64,000 bases of DNA from Octopus sinensis (taxonomy: Eukaryota): assembly GCF_006345805.1 (NCBI RefSeq), contig NC_043001.1, positions 27,218,001 to 27,282,000 of the forward strand. The letters are read 5' to 3'. The position numbers and the translations under genes are program-made. Below the pieces are notes generated by a model. The model saw only the letters and a list, made by a program, of their open reading frames with translations, had not been told where the DNA came from and did not search any database. Positions 1-14,856 of this stretch are shown piece after piece (position 1 is the stretch's first letter; the number at the start of each line of letters is the position of its first letter).

Positions 1-296
1 CATCTGAACGTGACCGATGCCAGCGCCGCCTTGACTGGCTTCTGTGCCGGTGACACGTAAAAAGCACCAACCGATCATGGCCGCTGCCAGGCTCCCCTGG
101 CACCTGTGCCGGTGGCACGTAAAAAGCACCCACTACACTCATGGAGTGGTTGGCGTTAGAAAGAGCATCCGGCTGTAGAAACTCTGCCAAATCAGACTGG
201 AGCCTGGTGCAGCCTCCTGGCTTCCCAGACCCCAGTCGAACCGTCTGACCCATGCTAGCACAGAAAACAGACGTTAATCGATGATGATGATGATGA
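1..296 (+). mobile_element. SINE/RTE-tail repeat, 3' part ending in (GAT)n; related copies at ~4075-4635, 8845-9250, 22385-22500, 24220-24430, 27620-27880, 30960-31680, 32750-32950, 36740-36990, 50750-50900
   Basis: Recurrent cacgtaaaaagcacc ... acccatgctagcatggaaa(g/a)cggacgttaaacgatgatg motifs in many diverged copies. Confidence 0.8.
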
Positions 297-658
297 AACA
301 TTCATTTAGTATACACCTGTTTCATATTTTGAAACCAAAACTGTTACCTAAGGTATCCTGATTATCAAAGTAGATTTTGATTGACTAAGACAGTGAAAAT
401 TAAATGTCTTGGTTATGAGTAATACAGTTTTAGTAACACAATGAAAAGGATTGGTTTTTTGGGCTTGTTGTATGGTTGGTAGTTTGGTAAATGTAATTAA
501 AACAAAAGCACACACACACAAGCAAACAAATAAGCAAAATAACACCAATAAATTTACAAGCATGCAGCCAAATGTTCACACATATATTTAATATATTAAA
601 GAATTTCTGAATTTTGGAGACCGGAATTCATTGCTAATTTCTTTTCTTATCATTCCAG

Positions 659-691
659 TGTAATAAAAGGGGTCCCGCTCCAAACACAACG
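659..691 (+). CDS. Mosaic gene, 33-nt micro-exon (CNKRGPAPNTT), phase 0-0; the gene continues upstream of the window
   Basis: CTAAT branch site, long polypyrimidine tract and ccag acceptor; ACG|gtaaga donor; joins in frame to exon 3407. Confidence 0.65.
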
Positions 692-1091
692 GTAAGAATA
701 AATATTAAACCCATTACATAAATGTTTTACATACTTTTAAGACTGGTGCATAGTCAATAATCCTGTCTAGAGTTTATGAAATATAAACTTCTATTCAACC
801 TTTTTTTAATTGGAAGTAAATCTCTTTACTAATACAATAATGAAATAAGCAAATGGAATACTAAATACATAAAATGGCAGACACAGAATGTATTCAGTAG
901 TATCAGGTCATACTGCTTGGTGTGTATGTATGTGCATATGTATATAGATATATATAGTTTGATAAGTGTCAATGCATGAAACTATGAAACTCTCAGACCT
1001 TGAGTTACTTTGCTACTTCTGCTAAATATTAATAAAATATACATATACTTATATTTTGAGTTCTATTTTCTTGTTCACATCACCATACCTG

Positions 1092-1149
<58 letters not shown>

Positions 1150-1151
1150 CA

Positions 1152-1216
<65 letters not shown>

Positions 1217-3043
1217 AAAAGCAATAAAGATTCAAGTTAATTTAAATGAATTTACTTGAATATGGTACCTAACTTAGATGCACCAAAACAAACTATACGG
1301 TTTTAACAATACAGTAATGTGGGGTGATTATAAGCGAGAAAAAAGCAACAAGAATGGATAGGTTTTTAGTACAATCGTTTCATACAAGGACAGGCTTTAT
1401 TAAAAGTTGCAAAAATTGCAGCATATAAACGTGTCCCGTACTCATCAGCTAAAATACATGTGAGTTCTCTAGACATCCTAGTGGTTGAGGCTATACTCAT
1501 GAAGTAATGTAGATAATTAAGTAACATAAACAGATTTCCAAAGTTCATTAAAGTTCTTTAAAGATGATGTACAGTCTTATCACAGAATTTTAAAAAAGTT
1601 TTAATAGCATCACAGAGAAGGTGACTTAATCCATAGTGTACATATGAACTTCCAGAGATATGAGGAGGGATTACATACTCACAGACGACAAATTTATCCA
1701 TTGCTAATCACAACGAGGTGGGTTTCAATTCCTGCTTATTAGTATTACAGAGAGGGTGAATTAATCCTTTGTATAGATGCACAATTTCCAATGGTGTAGA
1801 TGTAAATTTCCAGAGAAATGAAGAGGAATTTCATATTCACAGGCGATAAATTTATCAATGGTTGAACACAATGAGGTGGGTATCAATTCTTGCTATATGA
1901 TTAGGTATTTGCCACATTAATCATATTACTGCTATTTTCAAGAGACTGTAGCTATTTAACTTTTAAAGGCTGAAGGGCTTTCTGGAGAGGCAAAGAACAG
2001 AAAAGGGAAGGAAAGAGAAGAAAAGAGAGAAAATAAAGGGGGAGGGAGCAAAAGGGGGGGGCTAGAAGAGAAGAGAAAAGGAAAAAGAAAAAAAAGAAAA
2101 AGAGAATAAGAAGAAGAAAAAAAGAGAAAAGAGAAAGAAATAGGGAAAGAAGGGAAAAAAAGAAAAAGAAAAAAAGAGGGTTCTAGTTATACAGAAGAGT
2201 TAGTAGCCGGCAAGTCTGGTTTTAATTTACAGGCATCTAGGAACTAGAGGAGAATATTATTCTTTGACCAGTAAAACAGCTAATTTATTGCTGTCGAGAG
2301 CAGCTATGAATTTAAAGAGAATCTAAAGAGATAACACGGTCAGGGGTTTAGGGGTTTAGTGGTCAAAGGCTAAAATCAAAAGAAAATACATTAGGAAAAT
2401 CTAAGTATAATCTTATCAAAAAGTCATTAAAATTTATTTATTTATTTTATTCATTTTACTGTCTTAAGGAGTTGCCGTTATTATTCATACATTGACGGAC
2501 TACAGGTCAAATCTTAGAAGATCATTTACAAGGTGTTAGGGAATTGTCTATCATAATGAAGATAGTCATATTATCACCGAGGGAGTAGCCTTATTTATTT
2601 AATTTTGAAATAGAATTATGGGGCTTTAGTAACTCATTTTATTTTATTAAAGTTATGCTACTTAAATTAGATTAAGTTAAGAATTAAAATTAAAAATTAA
2701 AATTAAGATTTAAAATTAAGATTTAAAAATTAAAATTATGAGTTTGAAATTAAATAAAGCCTCAATTAAGCAGCGTATAAGTACTATTCATTTCCCTGTT
2801 CTCAAAAAAACTGATGCAGATATAAGGAAAAAGATAACTGTAGTGTGAGAACTCTTAGTTATCTACTTAAAGCAGTGCTATACTAGTAAAAATCAAGTAA
2901 TATCTATCTATCTAGTTACAAATATTCTAATCATTTAAAATATTTTAAAGTCTTCAATTTAGCGTGGACACAAACTTGACCTAGTTCGATATGGTTATTC
3001 AATAAGTTTCTATGTTTTCTATGCTTTAGAATTTCATACGTCT

Positions 3044-3078
<35 letters not shown>

Positions 3079-3079
<1 letters not shown>

Positions 3080-3287
3080 TAAGGCAGCTGCAGGAGAAAT
3101 ACCTAGCCAAAGATAAGCCCCTGGACCTGGCTTTCATTGACATGGAGAAAGCCTTTGACAAGGTCCCCCCCGATCCCTTATCTGGTGGTCAATGAGGAAA
3201 CTAGGGATAGATGAATGGTTAATGAGAGATGTGCGAGCCATGTACAGGGACGCCACTAGTAAGGTGAGGGTTGGCAACGAGTACAGT
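3079..3287 (+). mobile_element. RTE-type LINE reverse transcriptase fragment
   Basis: VRQLQEKYLAKDKPLDLAFIDMEKAFDKVP...MYRDATSKVRV; frameshifted. Confidence 0.8.
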
Positions 3288-3406
3288 GTGTGTGTGTGTG
3301 TGTGTCTGTGTGTGTGTGTGGTGTGTGTGTGTGTGTGTGTGCATGCGTGTGTGTGTGTGTGTGTGTGTAAAATATAAAAAATAATAAACTTTTCATTTTG
3401 TTTTAG

Positions 3407-3492
3407 CCTACACCTGAACCTGTCACTGAAGAAAATAATGTAACCTTTGCAAGAGCTGCCTTTTATGAACCTCTTGGCCACAGCAACATCCG
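3407..3492 (+). CDS. Mosaic gene exon: Pro/Thr linker ending at the start of the SRCR domain (PTPEPVTEENNVTFARAAFYEPLGHSNI-R), phase 0-2
   Basis: ttttag acceptor, CG|gtaaga donor; CG+G gives the Arg of the SRCR start motif IRLVG. Confidence 0.85.
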
Positions 3493-3552
3493 GTAAGATT
3501 GACAAAACATTCTCAGCCTTTTTACAGCTTTGAAAAGTTCACAAAATCATCA

Positions 3553-3700
3553 GGTGCATGGCTTAGTGGTTAGGGTGTCGGACTCACAATCATAAGATTG
3601 TGGTTTCCATTCTTGGACCGGGTGATGCGTTGTGTTCTTGAGCAAATCACTTCATTTCATGTTGCTCTAGTCCACTCAGCCAGTAACAATGATTTTAGCC
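3553..3700 (+). mobile_element. tRNA-derived SINE head
   Basis: A-box TGGCTTAGTGG and a degenerate B-box, followed by SINE body rather than a tRNA 3' end. Confidence 0.6.
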
Positions 3701-4180
3701 TGTAGAGGGATGAGCTCCACCAAGCTTTCATGCCCTAGATATGCTGCATGGTTGCAGTGCCCCAACAACTCAAGGGGTTGAGTGACTTGTCAATTGGCGA
3801 ATCATCAGGTATTTCTTTTGGGAAATTTGGACTCTCAATTCTTTTGCGTTTACCTTCTATTTTTGTTTTTAGATTGCCTTTTAATGAGTATTTGTTGAAG
3901 TACATCAATGTCACAGCAATGTAGCTGGATGAATGAGCATAAATTTTTCAAATTACAAAGATTTTTTTTAACACCTTTTAATTCTGGCTAATGTTGTTCA
4001 ATATACACAAATGCACACATACCTATCTATCTGTCTGTCTGTCTGTCTATCTATCTATTTATATATATATGCTAGCATGGAAAGCGGACGCTAAATGATG
4101 ATGATGATGATGATGATGATATGTGTGTGTATGTGTGTGTGAGTGTGTGTGTGTGTTCTGTGTGTGTGTGTGTGTGTGTG

Positions 4181-4212
<32 letters not shown>

Positions 4213-5616
4213 TCTGTGTGTGTGTGTGTGCTACTGGAGCACTAAGAGCACCATCTGAGCATGATGGTTGCCAGTCAGTTGCCAGAGCAGCTGACTGGCT
4301 TCCATGCTGGTGACACGTAAAAAGCACCATTTGAGCGTGATTGTTACCAGCGTCACCTTACTGGCATTTGTGCTGGTGGCATGTGAAAAAATATTCGAGG
4401 GAGGTCGTTGCCAGTGCTGTTGGACTGGCTCCTGTGCAGATGGCATGTAAAAAACACCATTTGAGTGTGGCCGTTGCCAGTACCGCCTGACTGGCCTTCA
4501 TGCCGGTGGCACGTAAAAGCATCCACTACACTCTTGGAGTGGTTGGCATTAAGAAGGGCATCCAGCAGTCAAATCGTCCAACCCATGCCAGCATGGAAAG
4601 CGGATGTTAAACAACGAGGATGATGATGATGATGATGATACACACACACACACACACACGCACATTTGAATACACATATGCATGCATACACAAGAACACA
4701 TATACTCAGTCATGTCCGTGCAGTTAAGCTCACTTTGCAGCCATGTAGTTTTAGGTTCAATCCTTCTGTGAGGTAACTTGAGCAAGCATCTTACATTGTA
4801 GCCCCAAGATGACCAATGCCTTGTAAGTGAATCTGATTGATGGAAACTGTGTGGAAAACCATTGTATGTATGAATCTGTGTATGAATGCATGTATGTATG
4901 TATGTATGTATGTATGTATGTATGTACGTATGTATGTATGTATGTACGTATGTATGTATGTATGAACATACATACATATGCATGTGTATATGTGTGTGCA
5001 CATGTGCATATGTGTGCGCTATGCTTGAGTGCTGCTTTGAAGAGTTTAATCAACCCCAATATTTATTTATTTAATAAAGAAGCCAACACTGGTTGTCAAG
5101 CAATGATAAGGGACAAGTATAAACACACACACACACATACACACATCCAAATTTGTGCAAAACATTGGTTGACTTGGAGCAGTAACAGAACACACTTGCC
5201 CAAAGTGCTGTGTAATGGTATTGAACCCAAAGCTACATGGTTACAATGCATACTTCTTAACCACAAAGTCATGCCTGTGGCCTGCATATTGTTATTATTT
5301 CAAGGCAACTGATGTTGCACTGTCAATTTACAATTTACAGGTTGGGACATTGAGAGCTATGTATATTGACCATGGGACCAGGTCCATATTAGTGACAGGA
5401 ACTACAGACAAGATCCACAACCTGCCAATTTAGTCATCACCCAACTAACTTGGCTAGCACCCTATCAACTTGCTCTTAGTACCCAACCAACTTAACCAGT
5501 ACTCTATTATCTTGTGTCCTTGCTCCCTGGTCCATTGTTATATTCATACAATGAGTTAAATACAACAAATAAAAACAGTTGATATTAATGTAAATCAAAC
5601 TAAATTTGTTTTGCAG

Positions 5617-5751
5617 GCTTGTTGGTAACACCTCTTTCTACAATGCTGGTCTGATAAGTATTTACCGTAACAACAGCTGGGGTTATGTCTGTGATGACAA
5701 CTGGGATATGAAGGATGCTAATGTAGCCTGCAAACAACTTGGATTTTCCAG
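5617..5751 (+). CDS. SRCR domain, first half (LVGNTSFYNAGLISIYRNNSWGYVCDDNWDMKDANVACKQLGFS), phase 2-2
   Basis: ttgcag/gtgag splice sites; SRCR signature WGxVCDDxWDxxDAxVxCxQLGF. Confidence 0.95.
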
Positions 5752-5884
5752 GTGAGAACTTGACATATTTTAATTGGACTTCACAATATTATTTTTTCAT
5801 TATTTCAATAGTCTTATTAACCTTGTACTTTCACTGTGTAACCAGATACAGTTCTATGTGCTTTAAGATGTATATATTAATATA

Positions 5885-5956
<72 letters not shown>

Positions 5957-5960
<4 letters not shown>

Positions 5961-6480
5961 ATCCAAACAAGAAAGCACAAAAAAACACAACAACGCGAGG
6001 CCGTGGAACAAATATAGTATTATTGGACGCTCAGGAAAGAAGGAAAGAAGGAGGGTTTAACATTTCGAGCGGAGCTCTTCGTCGGAAACATAGGAAAAAA
6101 AATCGCCAACGGTACACACGAGGTCACATATATATATATATATAGGTGAGAGAGTTGGTATGTGAAAGCACATGGTTGGATGTATAAAAGACAAAAAAGA
6201 GTGAAAAAACGACAGAAGGCTTGTATTACATGGTTAAAGAATATATTTAAATCATTATGTTAGAAAACTGTTATAAAATTTTGCATATAGTATCATAGTT
6301 TTTGGAGAAATAACCGGTTTCATATTTTCTTTTCAAATTTCTCAAATTTCTTTACCTAAATAGGTAAAACTATGTTACTATATACAAAATTTTATAACAT
6401 TTTTCTAACATAATGATTTAAATATATTCTTTAACCATATAACACAAGCCTTCTGTAGTTTATTTTACTCTTTTTTTATA
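5957..6480 (-). mobile_element. Penelope-like element terminal repeat (pLTR) remnant with an inverted partial copy
   Basis: 6199-6350 is the reverse complement of the Penelope 3' region at ~12265-12410; 6199-6302 and 6366-6471 are inverted arms. Confidence 0.75.
6055..6090 (-). ncRNA. Degenerate minimal hammerhead-ribozyme motif (Penelope type)
   Basis: GTTT-CCGACGA-A-GAGC/TCC/GCTC-GAAA-TGT-T-AAAC: stems I and II pair; core U4 changed to C and stem III ACGT changed to ATGT. Confidence 0.6.
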
Positions 6481-6794
6481 TATATTGAAATTCTAAACTC
6501 GTCTCATTTTCACATTTTATTATTTACAATTTTTACTATTTTACAAAATTATGATAATTGAATATTATATATTTATTGTGACAAAATTATTACCTTCATG
6601 CATTATGCAATCATCAGGTTTATGTAGTAGTAGAAACAGTCATGTTCCACAATTGTCAATAAAGCTATGCACTTTATAGATGTGAAACCATTGGCCACTC
6701 TATGATTGGTCTCTCTATGAACTGAATATAAATATGTTATTGCTCTATGCTTTAGAGTATGCTTCTCTTTTGGATATATGATAGACTAACGATC

Positions 6795-6825
<31 letters not shown>

Positions 6826-6829
6826 CATA

Positions 6830-7062
6830 TATTTCTTTACTACCCACTAGGGGCTAAACACAGAGGGGACAAACAAGGACAGACAAACGGATTAAGTTGA
6901 TTACATCGACCCCAGTGCATAACTGGTACTTAATTTATCGACCCCGAAAGGATGAAAAGCAAAGTCGACCTTGGCGGAATTTGAACTCAAAACGTAACGG
7001 CAGACGAAATACGGCTATGCATTTCGCTCGGCATGCTAACGTTTCTGCCAGCTTGCTGCCTT
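6830..7062 (-). mobile_element. tRNA-derived SINE of a second family; copies at ~20030-20240, 23750-23930, 26640-26840, 29590-29810, 30400-30910, 32270-32440, 34430-34640
   Basis: Shared gagttcaaattccgccgaggtcgactttgcctttcatcctttcggggtcgataaa...aagtaccagtt...ctggggtcgatgtaat core. Confidence 0.75.
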
Positions 7063-7072
7063 CATATATATA

Positions 7073-7131
<59 letters not shown>

Positions 7132-7559
7132 ACTTTCTTTAGGTTGAACATCCTGTTAATCCCCATATATTCTGCCATTATTTTGGTATACTGCTTCAGT
7201 ATATATTTAGCTAAATAATGATAATTATTATTATTAATATGCCAATAAAGTGAAAGTTAAATTTCTTGTGGTATTCAGTATTGTTAGTTTAGTTCCTCTA
7301 CTTAATGGATTCAAATCCTCAAAGGATCAACTTGGCTTTTCATTCTTCAAAATTCACAAAATATTTACCAGTAATTAGATTAATTGTATGCCAATCCTCA
7401 AAATTCAGATAATCAAGGAAAATCTGAGAAAGCAGTTAATGTTACTACTACTACTACTACTACTATGCTAGAGCATGGTAAGTTAGTTAGCAGGTGTTTT
7501 ATCTTGATGTCCTGAGCGATATATTAGATAGAGAGAAACTTCCTAGGAATGTAGGCAGT

Positions 7560-8500
7560 TGATGTCAGAACAACTTCTTGAGTCTCATAGATTCTTGGTT
7601 TCCCAGGATCTGGTCGAAAAATTTATCAGTACATTTTTTCATCATTCCCAGGGCACCTAGAATAACAGGGATGGTTTGTGTTTCTAATTGCCACTTCCTA
7701 GATATTTCAATCTCAAGGTCTTTATATTTCGACAGTTTTTCGAATTCCTTTGCTGAGATGTTTTTATGAGTAGGCACTCTCATATCAATTAACAGATATG
7801 TATTTCATCTTAAATCTTTGATGACGATGTCTGGTCTGTTATCATTTATTTGCCTATCTGTTTATATGTATCCTATAATACCATATGATGGTAACCTTCT
7901 CTCTCTCAGTGAATGGCTCTGAATGGTTTTCATACCAGTTCTTATGGTGTGGGATACCATAATGATGATATATTATCAGTGTAAGTATTGGCCAACTCGA
8001 TCATGCCTGGTTCTATATTTTTTAGGGGCAAGGACTGAGCAACTGACAACAATGTGGTCAATAATCTCAAGTTTGTCATAACAGACTACACTTTGTGTCT
8101 ACTTTGTGTGTGACATTAGCTTGATAGTTCCAGGTGAGGAGACTCTGATCTGCTAGGATAAATCCTTCTGTTTCAGCTTTCAAACCAACACTCTGCAGCC
8201 ACTGATGGGTTCTTTTTACATCTACCTAAGCTTCCCCAGCTTGTTTGGTGTATTTCCAATGCAGCAGTTTGTCTTACCACAGTCTTGATATTTCTTTCAA
8301 ACTTTTCTGTTTGGCTTTCATTTTACACGTTTTTATTGCCTTAATGGGTGATGTATCCTCCATATCATCATCATAATTAGGGAGGTCAAGCTCTGGTCTT
8401 TATTTATATGCCTCCTTTGAGAGTGAGTGCAGTTTCTTACTCTGTTCATGTTGCCTTCCCAGTTGTATCATCCAGTCGGTGTTACTTTGGATGTACACTT
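7560..8500 (-). mobile_element. Degenerate R4/Dong-clade LINE, C-terminal region with restriction-like endonuclease
   Basis: RPDIVIKD...IDMRVPTHKNISAKEFEKLSKYKDLEIEISRKWQLETQTIPVILGALG. Confidence 0.75.
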
Positions 8501-8526
8501 GGTGTCCTATCAAAGTCATTTTATAG

Positions 8527-10310
8527 CTGGGGCTGGCAAACCCTGGTCCACAGGTCGATTCCAGCTTGCTGAGTATTTTAATCCAGCTTATGGAGCATTT
8601 TTGGCAAGTCCTGAATAACTTTCATCACCATTTATTTTTCAACACCTTTGTTTTTGGATTTAATTGACAGTAATTGCACTGCGTAACCATGTGAAAACGC
8701 CCATAAAGATTCACGCTCAATACGTACTGAGATGTCAGACAGTAGCACTCCAACACAGGCCCTGATAGTACAAAAGACAAAAAAAATTATTTTCTGAAAT
8801 CAGTTTGTCCTCAAGAACAGTCACGTGAAGAATTGAAAAAATGGCAGTCGGTGTCAGGAGAAGTTTGGTAGGTGTGTTACAAAGTCTTGAATGTTTTTCC
8901 ATTGCTCAGTGCCGCCTTGACTGGCTTCCATGCCAGTGGCATGTAAAAAGCACCATCCAAACGTGGCCGATGCCAGCACCGCCTAGACTGGCTTCCATGC
9001 CGGTGGCACGTAAAAAGCACCAATCCAATTGTGGCCGTTGCCAGCCTCACCTGGCACTTGTGCTGGTGACACATAAAAAGCACCCACTACACTCACAGAG
9101 TGGTTGGTGTTAGGAAGGGCATCCAGCTGTAGAAACACTGCCAGATCAGACTGGAGCCTGGTGCAGCCATCTGGCTTCCTAGATCCCGGTCAAACCGTCC
9201 AACCCATGCAAGCATGAAAAACAGACGTTAAACGATGATGATGATGAAGATGACATTTCTGATATGACAGACACCTGCCAACTCGTGGTTTTTGCTTTTT
9301 TTGTTACTCCAACCTTTAACATTGTGGAAGAATTTGCACAAGTTATTTCTTTGAAAAATACAACTACCTGATCAGATTTATATGACAGCCTCATGAACAG
9401 GGTGATTCAATCTAACTTAGATTTATCAAAATTGGTTGGGGTGACCACCAATGGAACACCAGCAATGATTGGTGAGAAAAAAGGTGTGGTAGCTTTACTT
9501 CAAGAACAGACACTATTCAAGCTACATTGCATTATACATCAAGATGCTTTGTGTGTGAAGACACTCCAATTCAAGTTGTCAATTAGTGAATTTCATCCTA
9601 TCAAGAAGATTCAATCACTGCCAGTTCAGGAGTTCCTTAATCAGACAGAGGCTGAGTATAGTGACCTAACTTACTTCTGCAATATTCGTTGGCTAAGATA
9701 AAATGCTTGCACATTTTTATTCACTGAGAGAGGAGGTTGCTTTATTTTTGGAGAGCAAAGACTATGATACCTCTTTCTTAAGGAATCCACAATGGGTTGT
9801 TAAGCTAGCATTCCAAGCTGACATAACAATGCATATGAACTCACTGAATCTTGAACTGCAAGGATGGAATAAGGTCTTATTTCAAATGTTTGGATATGTT
9901 ACCGCATTTGAATGGGAACCAAAAATTTGAGAGTCACAACCAAAAACGGGAATTACTCTCATTTTATGTATCTCAACTAGCACATAAACATTGGTTCTGA
10001 TGTATTTGTCCACAGCATTCAGAAATTGAAGGCCGATTTTTTGACACATTTTGATGATTTTTGAAAATGTGAGAACCTACCTAAGGTATTTGACACTCCT
10101 TTTGATGTAGATATTGAGAATGTCCCTGAAAAGTTCCAACTTGAACTTATAGATTTTCAGTGTGATGATTTCTTAAGATCAAAATTTTCTTCATAATCAA
10201 TCGTTGATTTTTACAAGAAATGCATTTTTCCCACTGGAAAATTCCCAAATCTACTTGAAAATGCTAAAATTTTCACGTCTTGTTTGATCAAAGTTTCAGA
10301 ACACCAAACC
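8527..10310 (+). mobile_element. Decayed hAT (Charlie/SPIN-like) transposon, interrupted by a SINE at ~8845-9250
   Basis: GVTTNGTPAMIG, HCIIHQDALC, IRWL and WVVKLAFQADITMHMNSLNLELQG motifs; possible left end ctggggctggcaaac. Confidence 0.8.
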
Positions 10311-10582
10311 AAATCACTGTATGATCAAAATACATGATTATACTCTGAAGCAGCTTCTCCTTGAAACTGAGACAGATTTAATCGCATTAAGGCCATCTTT
10401 TATATTCAACAGATACTACTGCTATGAAGAAAATTGGCATCAAGTTACAGAAAAGGGCTCTCAAAAAAGCACACAAACACTCAAGGTGAAAAGAGTGCAT
10501 AAATAAAGAAATAAAGAGTTTCCAACAGGTATTATTGATCTTAGACGAACTCTCAAAAAGAAATAATGTAAAAATGAGAATG

Positions 10583-12555
<1,973 letters not shown>

Positions 12556-12587
12556 TATGGATATATGTCTATTTCATTATTTTTTAG

Positions 12588-12762
12588 GGGTGCTGAAGTA
12601 GCTACAGGAAATTCAAGATATGGTTGGCAGAATCAGAAGACTTTCTCATGGATAATACCGACTGTAAAGGAGATGAAAGTGCTTTGCAATATTGTTCATA
12701 TGATACTGAGCATGACTGTAAAAAGGATGAAGCTGCTGGAGTTATATGTAAACCGAACCCTG
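12588..12762 (+). CDS. SRCR domain, second half ([12 protein letters not shown] / [42 protein letters not shown]), with an apparent 1-nt deletion near 12624-12625
   Basis: tttag/gtaagt sites; motifs CxGxExxLxxC and HDCxxxEAAGVIC; exon is 175 nt where 176 is needed for phase 2-1. Confidence 0.9.
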
Positions 12763-13089
12763 GTAAGTCTCAGAAGAAAAATTAACGAAATCATTTTTAG
12801 AATAAGAATGTAAACGACCATGCAAAGTCAGTTGACGAGAATGGCTCCTTTGCACATCACATGGTCGATACAATAAATATGAAAAGAATAAATGCATATA
12901 TGTGCCAGAAGGAAAAGAGAGACACAATGGGTAGAATGTTTAAGAGAAGATTTTATTTATATGTTAACATGTGTGTGTGTGTCATATATGCATGATAATA
13001 GACAGGCCGTCATGAGAACAAAGTGTGTGTGTACAAACATGGATGTATGTGTGTGCGATAAGTACAGAGCATTGAAAGAGTCTATAATA

Positions 13090-13830
13090 TGACTTTAGAA
13101 GAATGTTCAGATACAAGGATGATAAATACCAGTTCGTAGTCAAGGTACACGATAGTTGAAATGCTGTATCAAGAAGTTGTGACAGTAATGCAGAGTCTGT
13201 TGAGGTACATGTCATACGTGAAGTTGTGACTATGATGCTGCTGCCGGTCACTTGGTACAGGAAGTTCTCGCAGGTTGTATTTGCTGTTAACCATGGTGAA
13301 GTGATTCACAAACAGTGCAGTGTTGGAACCTGTGAGAGCATTGCTTGTTGCTGTGTACGTAGAGGGATGATGTTGATGTTAGGGTGAATGGTAGTGACAG
13401 AGATAGAGGTCCTGAATGCTGCTGGACAAAATTGGTGAGTCTCCATGTGGCTGCTGTTGTGTTGTCGCTGGAACTGGCTGTGTCCTGTGTGGTCAGTGGC
13501 TAGACCTTAAAGGGTCTGGAACCGAAAGACCTCGACTCAATGTGAAGCTAGAGTTTTATAGGGTGCAGTCAGCTCACCAGAGGTTTAGAAGAGATTGTAT
13601 CACGTGGCCTTATCAGAAGGCTGCAATTGGTTGGGTTGCCAGTTGGCGCACAATAGAGCAAGAGACGAGTTGTGCCAATACTAACAAATCAGAGTAGTGG
13701 ACACAACAGGTTCCAAAAGGGCAGCTGAAGGCTAGCTGTTATCTACTACGTCCATATATAACAGGGAGAGAGGAATTTCCCTCAAGCGTACGCTACAGAT
13801 ATTAGCTGGTCATGGTGTGTTGCTGCTGCC
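13090..13830 (-). mobile_element. Possible decayed LTR-retrotransposon 3' pol region
   Basis: Stop-ridden minus frame with LTAPYKTL and a terminal YNLRELP, resembling Gypsy integrase C-termini. Confidence 0.35.
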
Positions 13831-13880
13831 ACTGTCCATTGTTCTTGTGTTGTACCAGCACTCTGGCCTGCAGCTGATTC

Positions 13881-14109
13881 TATTGGGTTGTCCGGAAAGC
13901 TCGTGCCGATTTTTAAAGGAAAGAAAAAGGTCAATAAATACTTGCCATTACATTTTTAATCAACCACATATGAACCATTTTGTTGCACAATGCGTCTCCA
14001 CCTTTCCTTTAACTTGAAAATACCCTCTTTCCAGAATTGAGGTGCCTGGGAGGATAAGTCAAAAGGTAAGCTACTATAAATTGGCACGAACTTCTGGAAC
14101 AACCCAATA
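13881..14109 (-). mobile_element. Mariner-derived MITE (229 bp including TA ends)
   Basis: TIRs TATTGGGTTGTCCGGAAAG...GTGCCGATTT and AAATTGGCACGAAC...ACAACCCAATA; internal FWKEGIFKLKERWRRIVQQNGSY transposase tail. Confidence 0.85.
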
Positions 14110-14640
14110 CTACTGCCTTTTTCTGGTTCTACTACTGCCTGCTGACTGCCATATGCTATGTGCATTCTGCTGTCTGCTTGCAGTGTCTAAAATGCACTGA
14201 ATATAAAGTGCCAAAGATGAAATTGTTGTTAGATACAGTTCCAAACGAAGTCTTGAAAGGTCAGATTTCTTTGATGACTTAGTAATAGATTGGCAAGTTA
14301 CAATCGTATTCTTAAGATGGTTTTTTTTTTGCATCAAATATAGTGATTTTGGTTTGATTGCTAAATATTTAAGCAGATAAATTCAAAAACTGAATATATC
14401 AAATGTATAACTTCAAGATAACAAGCTGATGTGTTTACAGTGTACAGATATCAGACAAATTGAGTGATTTGATTAGATATAGATGCTCAGTTGATTAATT
14501 GTAGATTATAGATGGTAATCAGATAGGATAGATATATAGTATATTATACAAGAGGCTATCAACTATAAAAATTCTAACAAATACAACACAGATTATAGAT
14601 GTTAGAATAAATCAGCTGCAGAGTGAATATGGATGAGATA

Positions 14641-14678
<38 letters not shown>

Positions 14679-14856
14679 TCATCATCATCATTATCACACT
14701 ACCATCATCACTGTCATCATCATCGTCGTTGTCATCACCACCACCACCACCACCACAACATCATCATCATTTTAGCATCTAACTATTCCATACTAGCATG
14801 AATTGAATGGAATTCATTGAGGTAGGTTTTCTATGGCACAACTTTTATTAAAATTA

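Noticed and set aside
3553-3625. tRNA genes here and at ~26030-26098, 40609-40683, 46945-46990
   Set aside because: A/B boxes are present but no complete cloverleaf is evident, and each continues into SINE or pLTR body sequence.
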